Of a stretch of 64,000 nt of DNA, positions 52,749 through 64,000 are shown piece after piece (within the stretch, counting starts at the first letter, position 1; every line of letters starts with the position of its first letter). A model generated the notes under the pieces. The model was not told the DNA's origin. It searched no databases and saw only the letters and a program-made list of their open reading frames with translations. Source of the DNA: Octopus vulgaris (lineage: Eukaryota); NCBI GenBank assembly GCA_951406725.2, contig OX597831.1, positions 43,214,001-43,278,000 on the forward strand. The letters are read 5' to 3'. The position numbers were made by a program, and so were the translations under genes.

Positions 52749-55523
52749 GTCGAAAGATGCCAAAATTTTCGTACAATTTGCACTACAGGACAATGTTTAT
52801 CGGCCAACAGACTATGAGGGTCCACTAGTGCAAGCTCTATGCAAAACATATCTGAAGAACAATAATGGCTCATGTCGTCTGAAAGAAAATGTCTATAAAG
52901 ATGGGATGATCACAGCTGAAGTGCATTTGATCACAGGTTTATATTATCAAGCTGACCTTGAGACAAACCTACAAAAAAGGCGTCCATGCAGTCATTCTAG
53001 TAGCTAGCAATAGCACCCAAGTCTCCCTTAGATCACACTCTACCATCATAAAAAATATATAGGACGCACTGGAAATTATATGTAGTCATTGATATGCTAG
53101 ATGGTCACAACTGGAAGGCTTTTCAATATGGGTCTGCTTGGTCAGAGCTGACCTCGGGCTACACAAAAACAATTCAATGAATGGCAACAGTAAGTAAAAA
53201 TAAATAATAAAATGCTTTAGATTTGAAACAAAGCAGTGGAAAAAAAGTAATTGAAATAATGCCCAATTCTCGTTAATTGTACCATTTTAACAAAACATCA
53301 AACAGAAGGATTGTCTGTAATTTTAAGTCGGCGCTGACTAATCAAACCTTATGATCAAAGCATTGTCATCATCATCAGGTTTTTTTGTTTTTTTTTTGGC
53401 AGATAGCGTACTATGGACAACATTACCCAGTGTGTCCTTCCATGTTTTTTTTTGTTGTTTTTTTTTTGCATGGTAGGGTATAATTTGAGAGTTGAATTGA
53501 CTGCTATTTCTAGTAGATTGAATGTCAATCCACGTGACTCAATGGCAAAAGGTGAAGGTCATAATGTCTTGTAGAATTTAACGGTTCAAGATTTGATTGA
53601 AAAAGAAATCCAAAGTCAAAAGATAGTGTTGAAGAGAATGTGAAGAATTAATATAAACGTAATAAACATTGAGGAATGATTTGAAATTACATCGATAAAC
53701 AACTAAAAAAAAAGAACTATGCAGCTTTAACAGGCGATGGTATAAAACGAAACATTTAAAAATATACACTATTTGAAAAATTAACACGCCAATCCTATTT
53801 TCACCGAACATTATTTTAGCTTTCGTTTTCATATTTATTTACTTGGGTTTACTCTCCATTTACGATGTTTCAACAGACATACAAAATAATTTTTTAAAAA
53901 TGACAGCAATCAGGTTTTGTCAACAAATAAACTAGATAGCATGAAAAATTTGACCTTTTGAACCCTGAAACCCAAAACAAACGCAAGGGCTGAGTCAGTA
54001 AGGTACACACCCGAATGACAAAGATTTTCAAAACTAACTGAAGGCAGTTTAGTTTAATTTTATGAAGTATTTTCGATAAAAATAACAGTAACCATTATTT
54101 TCACCATTAAGAAAAATAATACTGTATTTCTGAGTTAGAATGTAAAGCTAAATAAAACTCCTTGCACTAGGAAAGTTTCTTGAATAAACCCAAAACAGAC
54201 GGAATATACATATTAGTTCCACCTCATTTTTAATGGACTGGAAACATTTGGATGTCACGCACTCATTTCCATGCTATTATTATAAATGAGGGGACATATG
54301 ACTTGTGAAAAGAAATATTAGAATGATGAACTAAGGAGTTGGGGAATTGCTGTGAGATTAAGAGAAATTCATTAAGAGAGAGGGCGAAAATGCTAATCCG
54401 AAAGGAAGGTTGTTCTATATCAAAGACAACTAAATCATTAGAAAATTATGATATGAATATTGCTATCATTTGAAATATCTTTCTAGTGAACAATTGAAAA
54501 AGGGCTGTAGTGTTACCAATTTAATATATAGTATGAGACATCGAGGGTGGGCCTCTAAATGATCAGTCACTTGACCATGGCCGACCTAAGATTAAATAAT
54601 CAATCAACCAAGAAATCGATTAAAACAGTGATTAGTTCTTGTCATGTGGGTTTATATTAAAAAAATAGTACATTTTTTGGTACTGTTTTCTTTTTAAAAA
54701 GTCTCTACACGATCGCTCGACCTGCTAGAAATAGCAGCCAAATCTCAATTCACACGCATTAAGTAAAACGTAACCCCTGAGGTACACACGAAAAGATGTG
54801 ATGGTCAAGGCCATGACGCCTTTGATCATAGGTTGCCGACGAGAACAAACCCAGAGCTATAGCTGTTCCTTTATTCGAAACAATACCAGTTGTCAAAATA
54901 GCATGAAATGACGGCGATTTTTTTTTGTATTTAGTCCTTTCAGCACCATGAGATGTTATCCCAGTGGAATGAACAGAACTTTTAATATAACTGTGTTTGT
55001 GCCTATTGCTATGGTCATAAAAATAGATTCAAATACACTGACTCACTATGAAATATAATAAAAAGTATCCCCTGATATCTTCATAGTCCAACAATAACTA
55101 AAAGGTTTCGAGGGTTTAGTATTATTAGTACTTTTTTTAAAAAAACTTCATTAAAGGTAAAAGGTTCGGAAGGAATTAACTGACAAAACCGTCTTCGGTG
55201 ATGATGCAATAATGTTAATAATAAAATAATAGTTTTTTCTAAGGGCCAGCAATTTTAAGAGGAGAGAGAAGTCAATTACACTGACCATAGTACTCAACTA
55301 ATACTTATTTTATCGACCCTGAAAGGGCGAAAGGCAAAGCTGACCTCAGCAGCATTTGAACTTAGAAAGTAGTGTTAATAATAATAATAATGATGAATAT
55401 CTTTAAACAGTCACTCGTAAAATAAATCCTTTATATCAAAGAGAAAGTAATTTATGAAAAGAAATATATGTGGGTGTTGACAACAGTTGTTGGAAGGTGT
55501 ATAGTTTAGGGTGGAGGACTTAC

Positions 55524-55635
55524 TTTGGTTGGCAATTTCTTCAGCGTCTATGACATTACAACGAAGATTCTTTAACATATCCATGACAGTAGTCTTTCCT
55601 GAGGCTATACCACCTGTTAAGCCTACAATATACAT
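55524..55635 (-). CDS. DCAKD: DCAKD-like coding exon 1 (P-loop)
   Basis: [17 protein letters not shown]...VIDAEEIA is the CoaE/DPCK N-terminus; A|GTAAGT donor; four exons total 690 nt = 229 aa + stop. Confidence 0.92.
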
Positions 55636-57195
55636 GGTTGCAGTGTTCTTATAAACCCACGAGTAAGGTGAACAAGGAAAGTTACAGTAGATAGTTTGCG
55701 GTAAAACGAAAATGCAATTTCAATCGAACTTTTTTCTTCTCTCTCTCTCTCAGACCGCCGTTTGTTTGAAATGAGAAAGTAGAGGTGATGATACTATAGG
55801 TTTTTCAGCTTGTTTTCCTTATTTTAAGAATTTCTTCTGTATTGTTTGGTCTTTTAGGGTATTTTTAGTGAAATATTTTGTGTTAAAGTGTAAAAGTTGT
55901 TAAATAAGGAAGAAAGGTTTACAGAACGAAGTCCTAGAAAGGTAGGGTAGAAAAAAAAAACGAAAATTTTCCGGTGATGATCTAAATGTGTACCCGAGTA
56001 AAAATTCGAAACTAATAAAGCTTCATGAGAAAACTTTGAAGGATAAAACAACAGAAAGATAAAAGAAATAAAAATGAATGAATGGAATAAATTCGTAAAT
56101 TTTAAAAAGACTGTTCAAAGAATTAAAAAAAATTTGAAATATTAAAAAGGTAGATGTGAAATGAAGATGAAATAAAATGATTCAAAACATAATCAATAAA
56201 AAACGATAATAAAGAGCTATCTTAGCTCATCAGAAGAACATAATATAATATGATATATTATGAGGATCGATCGATTAATCCAACCAGCCGAAATATTCGA
56301 CCGTGCGATTTGAGATCTAGAACTTCACAGAGTGTACAGACTGTTAAGGAATGCATGCACGTAAACGTGCATAGTTTTGCAAACATAAAACGAAACAGAC
56401 GCTCGCATGCACTTAGGTTGGCTGGTTCGCGTCTACACTGGTCCATCTTTAAGCCTTTGAGAATTTAAAATAGTTAACGAGAAATCTGTGAGCTATGCTA
56501 ATGGTTAAAGTATTATAAGCATTACATCGTTATTTTGTACTGCTGCATCGTCTTCGGAAGCAAAACTTGGTCAGCATAGTTGTTGTTGTTGAAGTTGAGA
56601 TTGTTCAAGACATAGTCAGATGGCAGCTCCTTGTTTTCAAGAATTTTTTCCTCAGCTTTGATCCGATTTATATTGAGGTTACAAAGTTTTAGTTTTTTAA
56701 CAATCATTATTCTTTTCTCTGTTGGATTCTAGGCCAATTTTTTTCCCCATATTAATGTTTAATTCGATCATTTTCAAGTTTAAAAAAAAATTGATGTCTA
56801 AAATGGGGTAAAATGAGTAATATTTAATTTCAATAATTTCTTCTCTATAATTGCATGGTGAGTTTATAAATTATGTTGATTTATTTTTCATTTATTATTT
56901 AGTCAAGTTTTGTTAATTTCATATCAATGTGCCGTTTTTCCCTGATCTTCTTTCGTTTGACTTGATACACTCTACTCTTAACTTGTTTCAGTCATTTGAC
57001 TGTGGCCATGCTGGAGCTCCGCCTTTTGTCGAGCAAATCGACCCAGGACTTATTCTTTGTAAGCCTAGTACTTATTCTATCGGTTGTTTTGCCGAACCGC
57101 TAAGTGACGGGAACGTAAACACACCACCATCGGTTGTCAAGCGATGTTGGGGGAACAAACACAGACACACAAACATACACACACACACACATATA

Positions 57196-57319
<124 letters not shown>

Positions 57320-58365
57320 ATACGGGATCCTATATACGACGATTTATGACAATTTTCTGGAACCTCCCTATCCGAAAACCGGGATTTGGGGCAAAAAAAA
57401 TTACAAAAATAAAGAAATTTGGGAGAAAATGGGTGGGGACGGAAGTCTTTCCGTATTATGTTTCGCTGAAGAGGTTGTAATGCGACCGAAACATTTTTCA
57501 GCTACAGTGAGATAGATGTAGAAAATTCCACTAAAAATATCCAGTTTTTAAAGTTAGAGGAAACTAAGGAGACTTCTGGGAATTACCCGAAACTCCTCTC
57601 CCACCCCCGAAAAACTTTTTTCAAAACAAATTCCGATATAATAGTAATCTACACCATCTGAAAAGTATTCGGAGACAGTTTCATTAAAAGATAAAAATTT
57701 TTCTGAAAGTTATGGAGGAACAAAGTCGGCGGTGCACAGTTGTGAAGGTATGCCACTAGACTATCGGTTAACACCATAATATTACATTTTAACTATGAAT
57801 TAATTATGAATGAATATTTATACGGAAAGAAAATGAGACTGTGTATGGTTCCTTCACCATAATTTTGCGAGTAAATTAAGAGAAGTGTGATAATGAATTA
57901 AAAGACAATCAAAATGAGATTGCGAACTCGGTACGCTAAAATACATATTCAAGACAAAAGTATGTTCTTTGATCAGGAAAATAATATAGCACATCGTAAA
58001 GTATTTCACCTTTAATAACACGAATACTTAAAAGGAGAGAAAATCATCAAAAATAAATTATGATAAAGATATGATACTAAATGCACAGAATTATTCAATT
58101 ACCTCCCTTGAATAACGTCGTCGGTTACAACTGAATCAGCTATTAAATAGCGTTTAATTAATAGATACATACAATGTAAGTAAATTAAAAAGAAATGCTT
58201 TCAAAAATATAGAAAAAATAAATAAATGATTTGTTTAGTAAAATATTTTAGAGCTTTTTAAATTTTATACAGGACAAAAATAAATAACAGGAAATGTTAT
58301 TAATATAAAATCAGTCAATGTTTGTAATGAAAACTATATATAACATAATGATGACCTCCCTAATC

Positions 58366-58528
58366 ATACTTACCTGGCACAGGGGTAAACCATGATCAGC
58401 AAGGTGGTTCTCCCAGAGCGAGGCCCTTCCATTGCACTCCGGTTGGGTTGACCTTTGCGATCGCCCCAAATGTGGGCGACTCGGGTGCGCTATTTCTAAG
58501 TGTGGGGTCTGCGTTCGCGCTCACCCCG
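58366..58528 (+). ncRNA. U1: U1 snRNA gene or variant/pseudogene
   Basis: Starts ATACTTACCTGG; SL2 loop ATTGCAC; SL3 loop CAAATGT; SL4 with GTTCGC loop; about 163 nt. Confidence 0.93.
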
Positions 58529-59274
58529 TAAAATAACAAATAACAGAACCAAAATTATCCCTTTTCTTCCATCGCATAATTATAAATGCATATATCTACA
58601 GAATTTCTTCACGTGCATGTTTCCTGGACAATATTTCGGAGAAGGTTCGTTTGAATAGAGGGAGACAGAATTTAAAATATTTAAATTTTGGATTAAATTA
58701 GTTTTCAGAGATTTGGGTGTTGTTTCTAGCATATCGAGTCATTACGTTGAATCAACAAACGTTCGAGTTTAAAACCACCGGGGGTTGAGTGGGGTGGTCA
58801 TTCCGAAAAACGGGTAGAGAAAGGATATCTAATTCAAAATGAAATTAGGTATATTAATTATCTTATAAAATATATTTTTATAACTTCTGAAGGATGTTTT
58901 ATTATCAGTCCTGCAGATAAATGTACTTAAACCCAGAGAGCGCTGAAATATATATTTTTAAATGATAGTGGATGTGTGCTCAATACGTCTGCTGTCCTGG
59001 TTTTCAGAATATCCTCCATACCATCGCACAACATTAATATTCTGAAAGTTTTTAAACTCGTTCAGTTATTTGGGCATGCAAGGACTATAACAGAAGACAC
59101 ATGCCCAAGGTGGCACGCACTGGAACTGAACCTAATACCACGTGAATGGAAAGCAAGACACGTAAGCATACAACCACGCCTGCGCTTATAAATAACTATT
59201 GCACTATATTGAGGTATAGGGATAATGAAAGTGTTCGGTAATTTCCGTTGAATTTTAAAATTTTTGCCTTCTTT

Positions 59275-59690
59275 GGCGATCTTTCGTCTCTAGTAGACCT
59301 TTCCGTCGATTTCTGTAAAAAAATGTTTTTTCACATATGGGCTTGCGGGAACTTTTGAAATAATGAGAGCGAAAGAGACTAAGAGAAAGCGATTGTATGA
59401 CTTATGAAGTTACCGTGCATGGGAGCATTGATGTACATGTGTGTGTGTGTGTGTGTGAAGCACTTCACTTACACAACGTACTTTCTGTCTCCCACACCCC
59501 ATCAAACACACATGTACATCAATGCTTGCCATGCACGGTAACTTCAAAAGAACTTCCCTCGTCATACAATCGCTTTCTCTTAGTCTCTTTCGCTCTCATT
59601 ACTTCAAAAGTTCCCGCAAGCCCATATGTAAAAAAAATAAATTTTTTTACGGAAATCGACGGAAAGGTCTACTAGAGACGAAAGATCGCC
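59275..59690. repeat. Long foldback inverted repeat (~170 bp arms, ~60 bp spacer)
   Basis: GGCGATCTTTCGTCTCTAGTAGACCTTTCCGTCGATTT at 59275 is the reverse complement of the sequence ending at 59690; the arms match inward apart from a few substitutions and one indel. Confidence 0.92.
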
Positions 59691-60361
59691 GGAGACTTCC
59701 GGCGTTCTCAGCCTCCAGACCACATACCGGTTCACATACTCTTGGGGCTGAGATAGCAATCCGCATGTGCGAGCCCCATTAGTCAAAGTGGCTGTTCCAG
59801 TGCATCGCCTACACCCCCGCCCCACTGGGTCAACGGCTTTCCCATTTTGTCTGCTGGAATCATGAGGCGGACTGATAAGCCTTTTTTGAGACTTGTTACT
59901 TATCGTTTTAATTCCTCGCTATTTCCAATGTAAACTAGAGTACTAATAATAAATAACCCATTCATTTAGCCAGTATGGGGCGAAGAAAGCAGAGTTACAT
60001 GGATGTTTCGTCCATTCATCGATCAGTAAAGAGCGGTAGAAAAAATATTCTCTAATATTTCTATGAATGTAAGCTTTTCACAGATTCTTATGCAATTTCA
60101 GGTTACTGGAATGGTTGGCGGTTGGGAAAAGAATAAGAACAACTGTACTGAGACATTCCTTACTTCTGGCAGACGGGTGAATGTCGGAGACGAAATAATA
60201 TTTTTTTTTTTTTTAAATTGAAATTTGGGAAAAATTATTTTTCAGAATCGAAATCATATTTTTCTTATATTGGACTATTATTGTCAAATACTTGATTTAT
60301 TTTTATAATACGCCAGATTTGGCTGTTATTTCTAGCATGTCCAGTGATCATTTTGAGGTTG

Positions 60362-60370
60362 CTCTCTCTT

Positions 60371-60409
<39 letters not shown>

Positions 60410-60421
60410 CCTCTCTCTCTC
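60362..60421. repeat. (TC)n microsatellite at the 5' end of the Tx1 element
   Basis: Direct inspection. Confidence 0.9.
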
Positions 60422-60585
60422 CTGATCGGTCGTGTTATTCTTTGCTCCGCAGTGAAAGATTGTTTTTGTGCTGGAAAGTTTGAAAATTTGCTGTTTTGGT
60501 CGTCGAGGCCACTTCTTTTCTGCTATTGCAGCAGAGTTCTGCTGTTTTTTCCCCCTTGTTTCAAGGGGGAAGTGACGAAAAAGAC

Positions 60586-62170
60586 ATGAATTTGCAACCA
60601 GTCTCCTCCGAGTCGGAGGAAAACGTTGAAAATTTGTTTGAAGGCATGAAGGCGAAAATGCGGGAGGAGGAAGGTAGAAGTAAAGAGACGTCTCACGCGA
60701 GCGTTACAAAAGCAGACGACAATATGTCTGGCGAAGCTAGTAAACGACAAGAAAAGGCAAAAATAAATTTTGCGAGTGCAGCAACTCGCCCCTGTGAAAA
60801 CATCGTTATTAACAAAGAAGGATTAAAGAAGTACCAAAGTTTATTAAAAAAAGGTGATAATGTGAAGTTGTTCCCTCCCAGTGAATTAATTTACGCGACG
60901 GAGAGAAAAACTGTAATTTACAAGACTTATAATGTCAAAAATAAGAAAATTGACTTCGTACAGAGAGAAGCCATTGAAAAATGTTTGAGGCCGATATGGC
61001 AACAGACAAGTTATATAACAAGGGGTAGTCGCTTCGGCACGGTAGAGGTGCGTTTCCCTAGCGAAGAAATAGCTAGGGAACATTCAACAAGAACGTTGAA
61101 GTCGGAAGAAGTAGTTCTTTTACCATTTTATTTAGGAATGAGAACTAGTAGGATAACAGTCACGGACATTCCGCCCGAAATCGAGGTGGATTTTATAACA
61201 GCAGCGATTCTCTTAGGCAAAGAGGAAGAAATTGCCATTCTTCAGTCTAAAAGATACCGCCCCACAACCTGGTATGGACAGGACTTAGAGCTTGTGATCC
61301 AAGCGAACCCCTCGGACTTGGAAAAATTGCCAAGCTCCCTCACCATTGGAGATACCACCTTGATGGTAATAGTCGAGGGAAGAAAACCGAGATGCTATAA
61401 ATGTGGCGAGAAAGGCCACATACGGTCGAGCTGCAAGAAGACAGCGAAAGAAAATACTGCAGAGGCAAGCACGACGCCGAAAACAACTTCACCGCTAGAA
61501 ATAGCAGCCACGTCGCGCACCCCAATTGCCGAAATTCAGCCGACAACGGGAGAAAACAACGATGACAACAACATCAACAACATCCAGGAGTGGGTCAACG
61601 TGGAAGCTTCAAAAAGAAGACGGAAACGGAAAAATCCACCCTCTTCGGATACACAGACAAGCACACCCACACCCACAAATACAGTCGCAAACACACACGT
61701 AGCCAAAAAAACACACACACTGGAAAAAGCACACACAAACACTCACACACCTACCACAAGCACGCACACACCTACAGACACCCACGCTTCTACAAGCACA
61801 CACACACCCACAAACACACACACACAGCCCCCTCCACAATCACCTAACAAAACAAAAAAGAAACACCTTCACGGCGATAAATAAAAACAACCCATTAAGG
61901 GAAAAAATTAATTTACTGAAATCGGCGAAAAAATATATCGCAACAGATATAAATAGTATTATATCCGAAAATGTAGAATTTTATACGATAGATAACGAGG
62001 ATTATTTTGAAATTAAAAAATCTTTTGCGGAGGATGTAGGCCCGTTACAGATGAACTTTTCAAGCCATCTGTACAAGCAATTCGCAAAAAAACTGACCTC
62101 GCAAAACACAACACTCACAGACAGAAAAGATGAGGGTGAAACTACACCCTCTCTTCCGTTAAAACAGTAA
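60586..62170 (+). CDS. Retrotransposon ORF1 (gag-like, CX2CX4HX4C), frameshifted near 61860
   Basis: CYKCGEKGHIRSSC; frame stops at 61884 but an open +1 frame (NTFTAINKNNPLREK...PLKQ*) continues to 62170. Confidence 0.8.
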
Positions 62171-62199
62171 GTTTTAAACATTCAACTAAATTTTCACAT

Positions 62200-64000
62200 T
62201 CTCGTTTAAACTCGGTTGTATAAATATTCGCGGCCTGGGGTCGTATTGGAAGCAAGGCTACCTCCTTAACGACCTTAGGTCGCATCGTTTGGATGTAGTG
62301 GTAATTACCGAATCCAGACTGAGTGGGCTGCAGGCTTTTTCGCCCCTTCTAAACGGCTACGAGAAATACATTTCTCCCTGTCGACCTGGAGGGGGAGGAG
62401 GAGTGGCAGTGCTGGTCAGGAAAAACCTGGATTTAGAGATTAGAACTGTCTTTATAGATCCGGAAGGCAGGTTGGTCGTTTTGGATGTGACGCACAGCAG
62501 TGGTAAAGTGTTCAGGCTGGTCATAACTAGAAGGAAAGATAAGAAAATACTTAGCCTAGAGAATTTTCTTGGCACGTCGAACACGTTAGTATTGCTAGGT
62601 GACTTCAACATAATTTGCGATGCAAGCGTAGATTATGTTGGCTCAAGAAAAGAATACGAGGGGATTACCTCACCTCAACAATATGCTAAGTCGTTTCGAA
62701 TTGGCAGATAGATTCAGACTGGACCATCCAGACATTCCAGAGTGGACCTGGGCAAGAAACGACGGATCGTCCAGATCTTATATCGATAAAATCATAACTA
62801 GAAGGAAAGATAAGAAAATACTTAGCTGTCCACAACACCATATCGTCAGCTACAGCGATCACAAATTAGTGACCTGTACGCTCGACATAGATAGCATGTG
62901 TAGACGAGGTACCGGCTACTGGAAGCTAAACAAGTCACTATTGGACTGTGAAGCCTACAGGAATCGGATTAAACAATTAGTAATGAGGGCGTTAACCGGA
63001 TCCATTATCAACAATAAATGGTGGTACGCCCTGAAAAGAGCCATCAAATTTGAGTCAATTAGGTTTAGCAAAGAACTAGCTAGTACTAGAAACAAAGTAG
63101 AAAAGGAACTAGTTAAGGCTATAGAGGAGGCAATGAGGTCAGGCTGTGCATCGAAAGTGTTAGCGGCGAGGTTAGCACTAGACCAACATCTCCAAGCTAA
63201 ACATGAAGGGTGCATTATTAGGGCTAAGATCCGTGCAATGAGACAGGAAGGGATCAACGCAGCCGGATGGGCCCGGGTGGTAGAGGGCCAGCGTGGCAAC
63301 AACTCAACCATTCGATCCTTGACGGGCCCAAATGGTCGATTAGTAAACGAACCCGAGGAGATGTGCAAGGTGTTTCATGATCATTTCGCCCAGCTATTCG
63401 GGAGGAGCGGCGAGCTGGAGCGCGGGGAGAAGCTCGCAGACTTCCTAGCCGGTTCGCCGCGTCTATCGGGGCCGGACGCGGAATCTTGTGGGGCGCCGAT
63501 CACAGCCAAAGAAGTCGAGGATATGTTGGCAGAATGCGGCGGGGACAAATCGCCGGGACTCGATGGTCTGCCTTACGAACTCTATAGTAGCATGCCAGAC
63601 TTGTTTGGGCACCTACTTGCATGCGTGTACACCAACTGGCAGCAGAACGGGAGAATTCCTAAGTCTGTGAGCCGAGGGGTGGTAGCGTTGTTAAGAAAGG
63701 ACCCAAACAAGGGTGATTTAATTGATAATTTCCGGCCTATCACTCTGCTTAACGCAGAGTTGAAGATCTTGGCCAAGGTCTTAGCAAAAAGGTTGGCGAG
63801 GGTCGTGGGTGAACTTGTTGGCGAGGCGCAAACTTGCGCTATCCCTGGAAGGACCATCCACGACAATCTCCACTTTCTACGCTATGCCTTAGAAAGGGTA
63901 AATAGGATTCCTGGCAAGGGTGGGGCTATGGTCCACTTGGACCAATCGAAAGCGTTTGATAGGGTGGACCATCAGTATCTGGCGGCGGTCCTCGCGGCGG
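62200..64000 (+). CDS. Retrotransposon ORF2 (APE endonuclease + reverse transcriptase), one frameshift near 62660
   Basis: FKLGCINIRGL...LLGDFN in one frame; LADRFR...WTW...YID...SDH...GYWKLN...RT motifs open in the next frame to the window end. Confidence 0.88.

Larger units (their letters stand above)
60421..64000 (+). mobile_element. Tx1-clade (L1 group) non-LTR retrotransposon, 5' part; truncated by window edge
   Basis: ORF1 with CCHC knuckle; ORF2 with APE motifs (NIRG, TE, GDFN, SDH) and RT motifs (KSPGLDG, FRPITLLN, GRTIHDN, LDQSKAFDRV); preceded by a (TC)n tract. Confidence 0.92.

Noticed and set aside
57466-57500. CTGAAGA-stem-GAAAC hammerhead-like core
   Set aside because: Stem I and stem III/cleavage triplet cannot be formed
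59690-59887. Possible Pol III RNA (7SK, RNase P/MRP, SRP or U11) ending at a T-run
   Set aside because: Only short scattered motif matches; conserved regions are not in the right order

Overview
Eukaryotic, AT-rich, repeat-dense animal DNA; the SINE families and microsatellite load resemble an octopus (coleoid cephalopod) genome, which is an inference from repeat recognition. Two spliced genes can be rebuilt by hand. (1) A + strand 10-exon partial gene (831-21683; 5' end outside the window) encodes about 800 aa of an extracellular mosaic protein: PAN-PAN-EGF-VWD(GDPH)-C8-TIL-EGF-like-VWA. It has one GC-AG intron and a decayed third PAN exon in an intron. (2) A complete - strand 4-exon dephospho-CoA kinase domain gene (DCAKD-like, 229 aa, 41245-55635) carries substitutions at several normally conserved motifs. 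The window also holds a U1 snRNA copy with variant 70K-loop and Sm site, a ~415 bp foldback next to ETS/GC-box motifs, and a Tx1-clade non-LTR retrotransposon starting at a (TC)n tract and running off the right edge. Other repeats include many tRNA-derived SINEs (some apparently self-nested at recurrent junctions), non-autonomous Helitrons, mariner/pogo/piggyBac/Merlin-like MITEs, LINE relics and a Penelope-type minimal hammerhead ribozyme motif. Most ORF-track entries are microsatellite or SINE artefacts.
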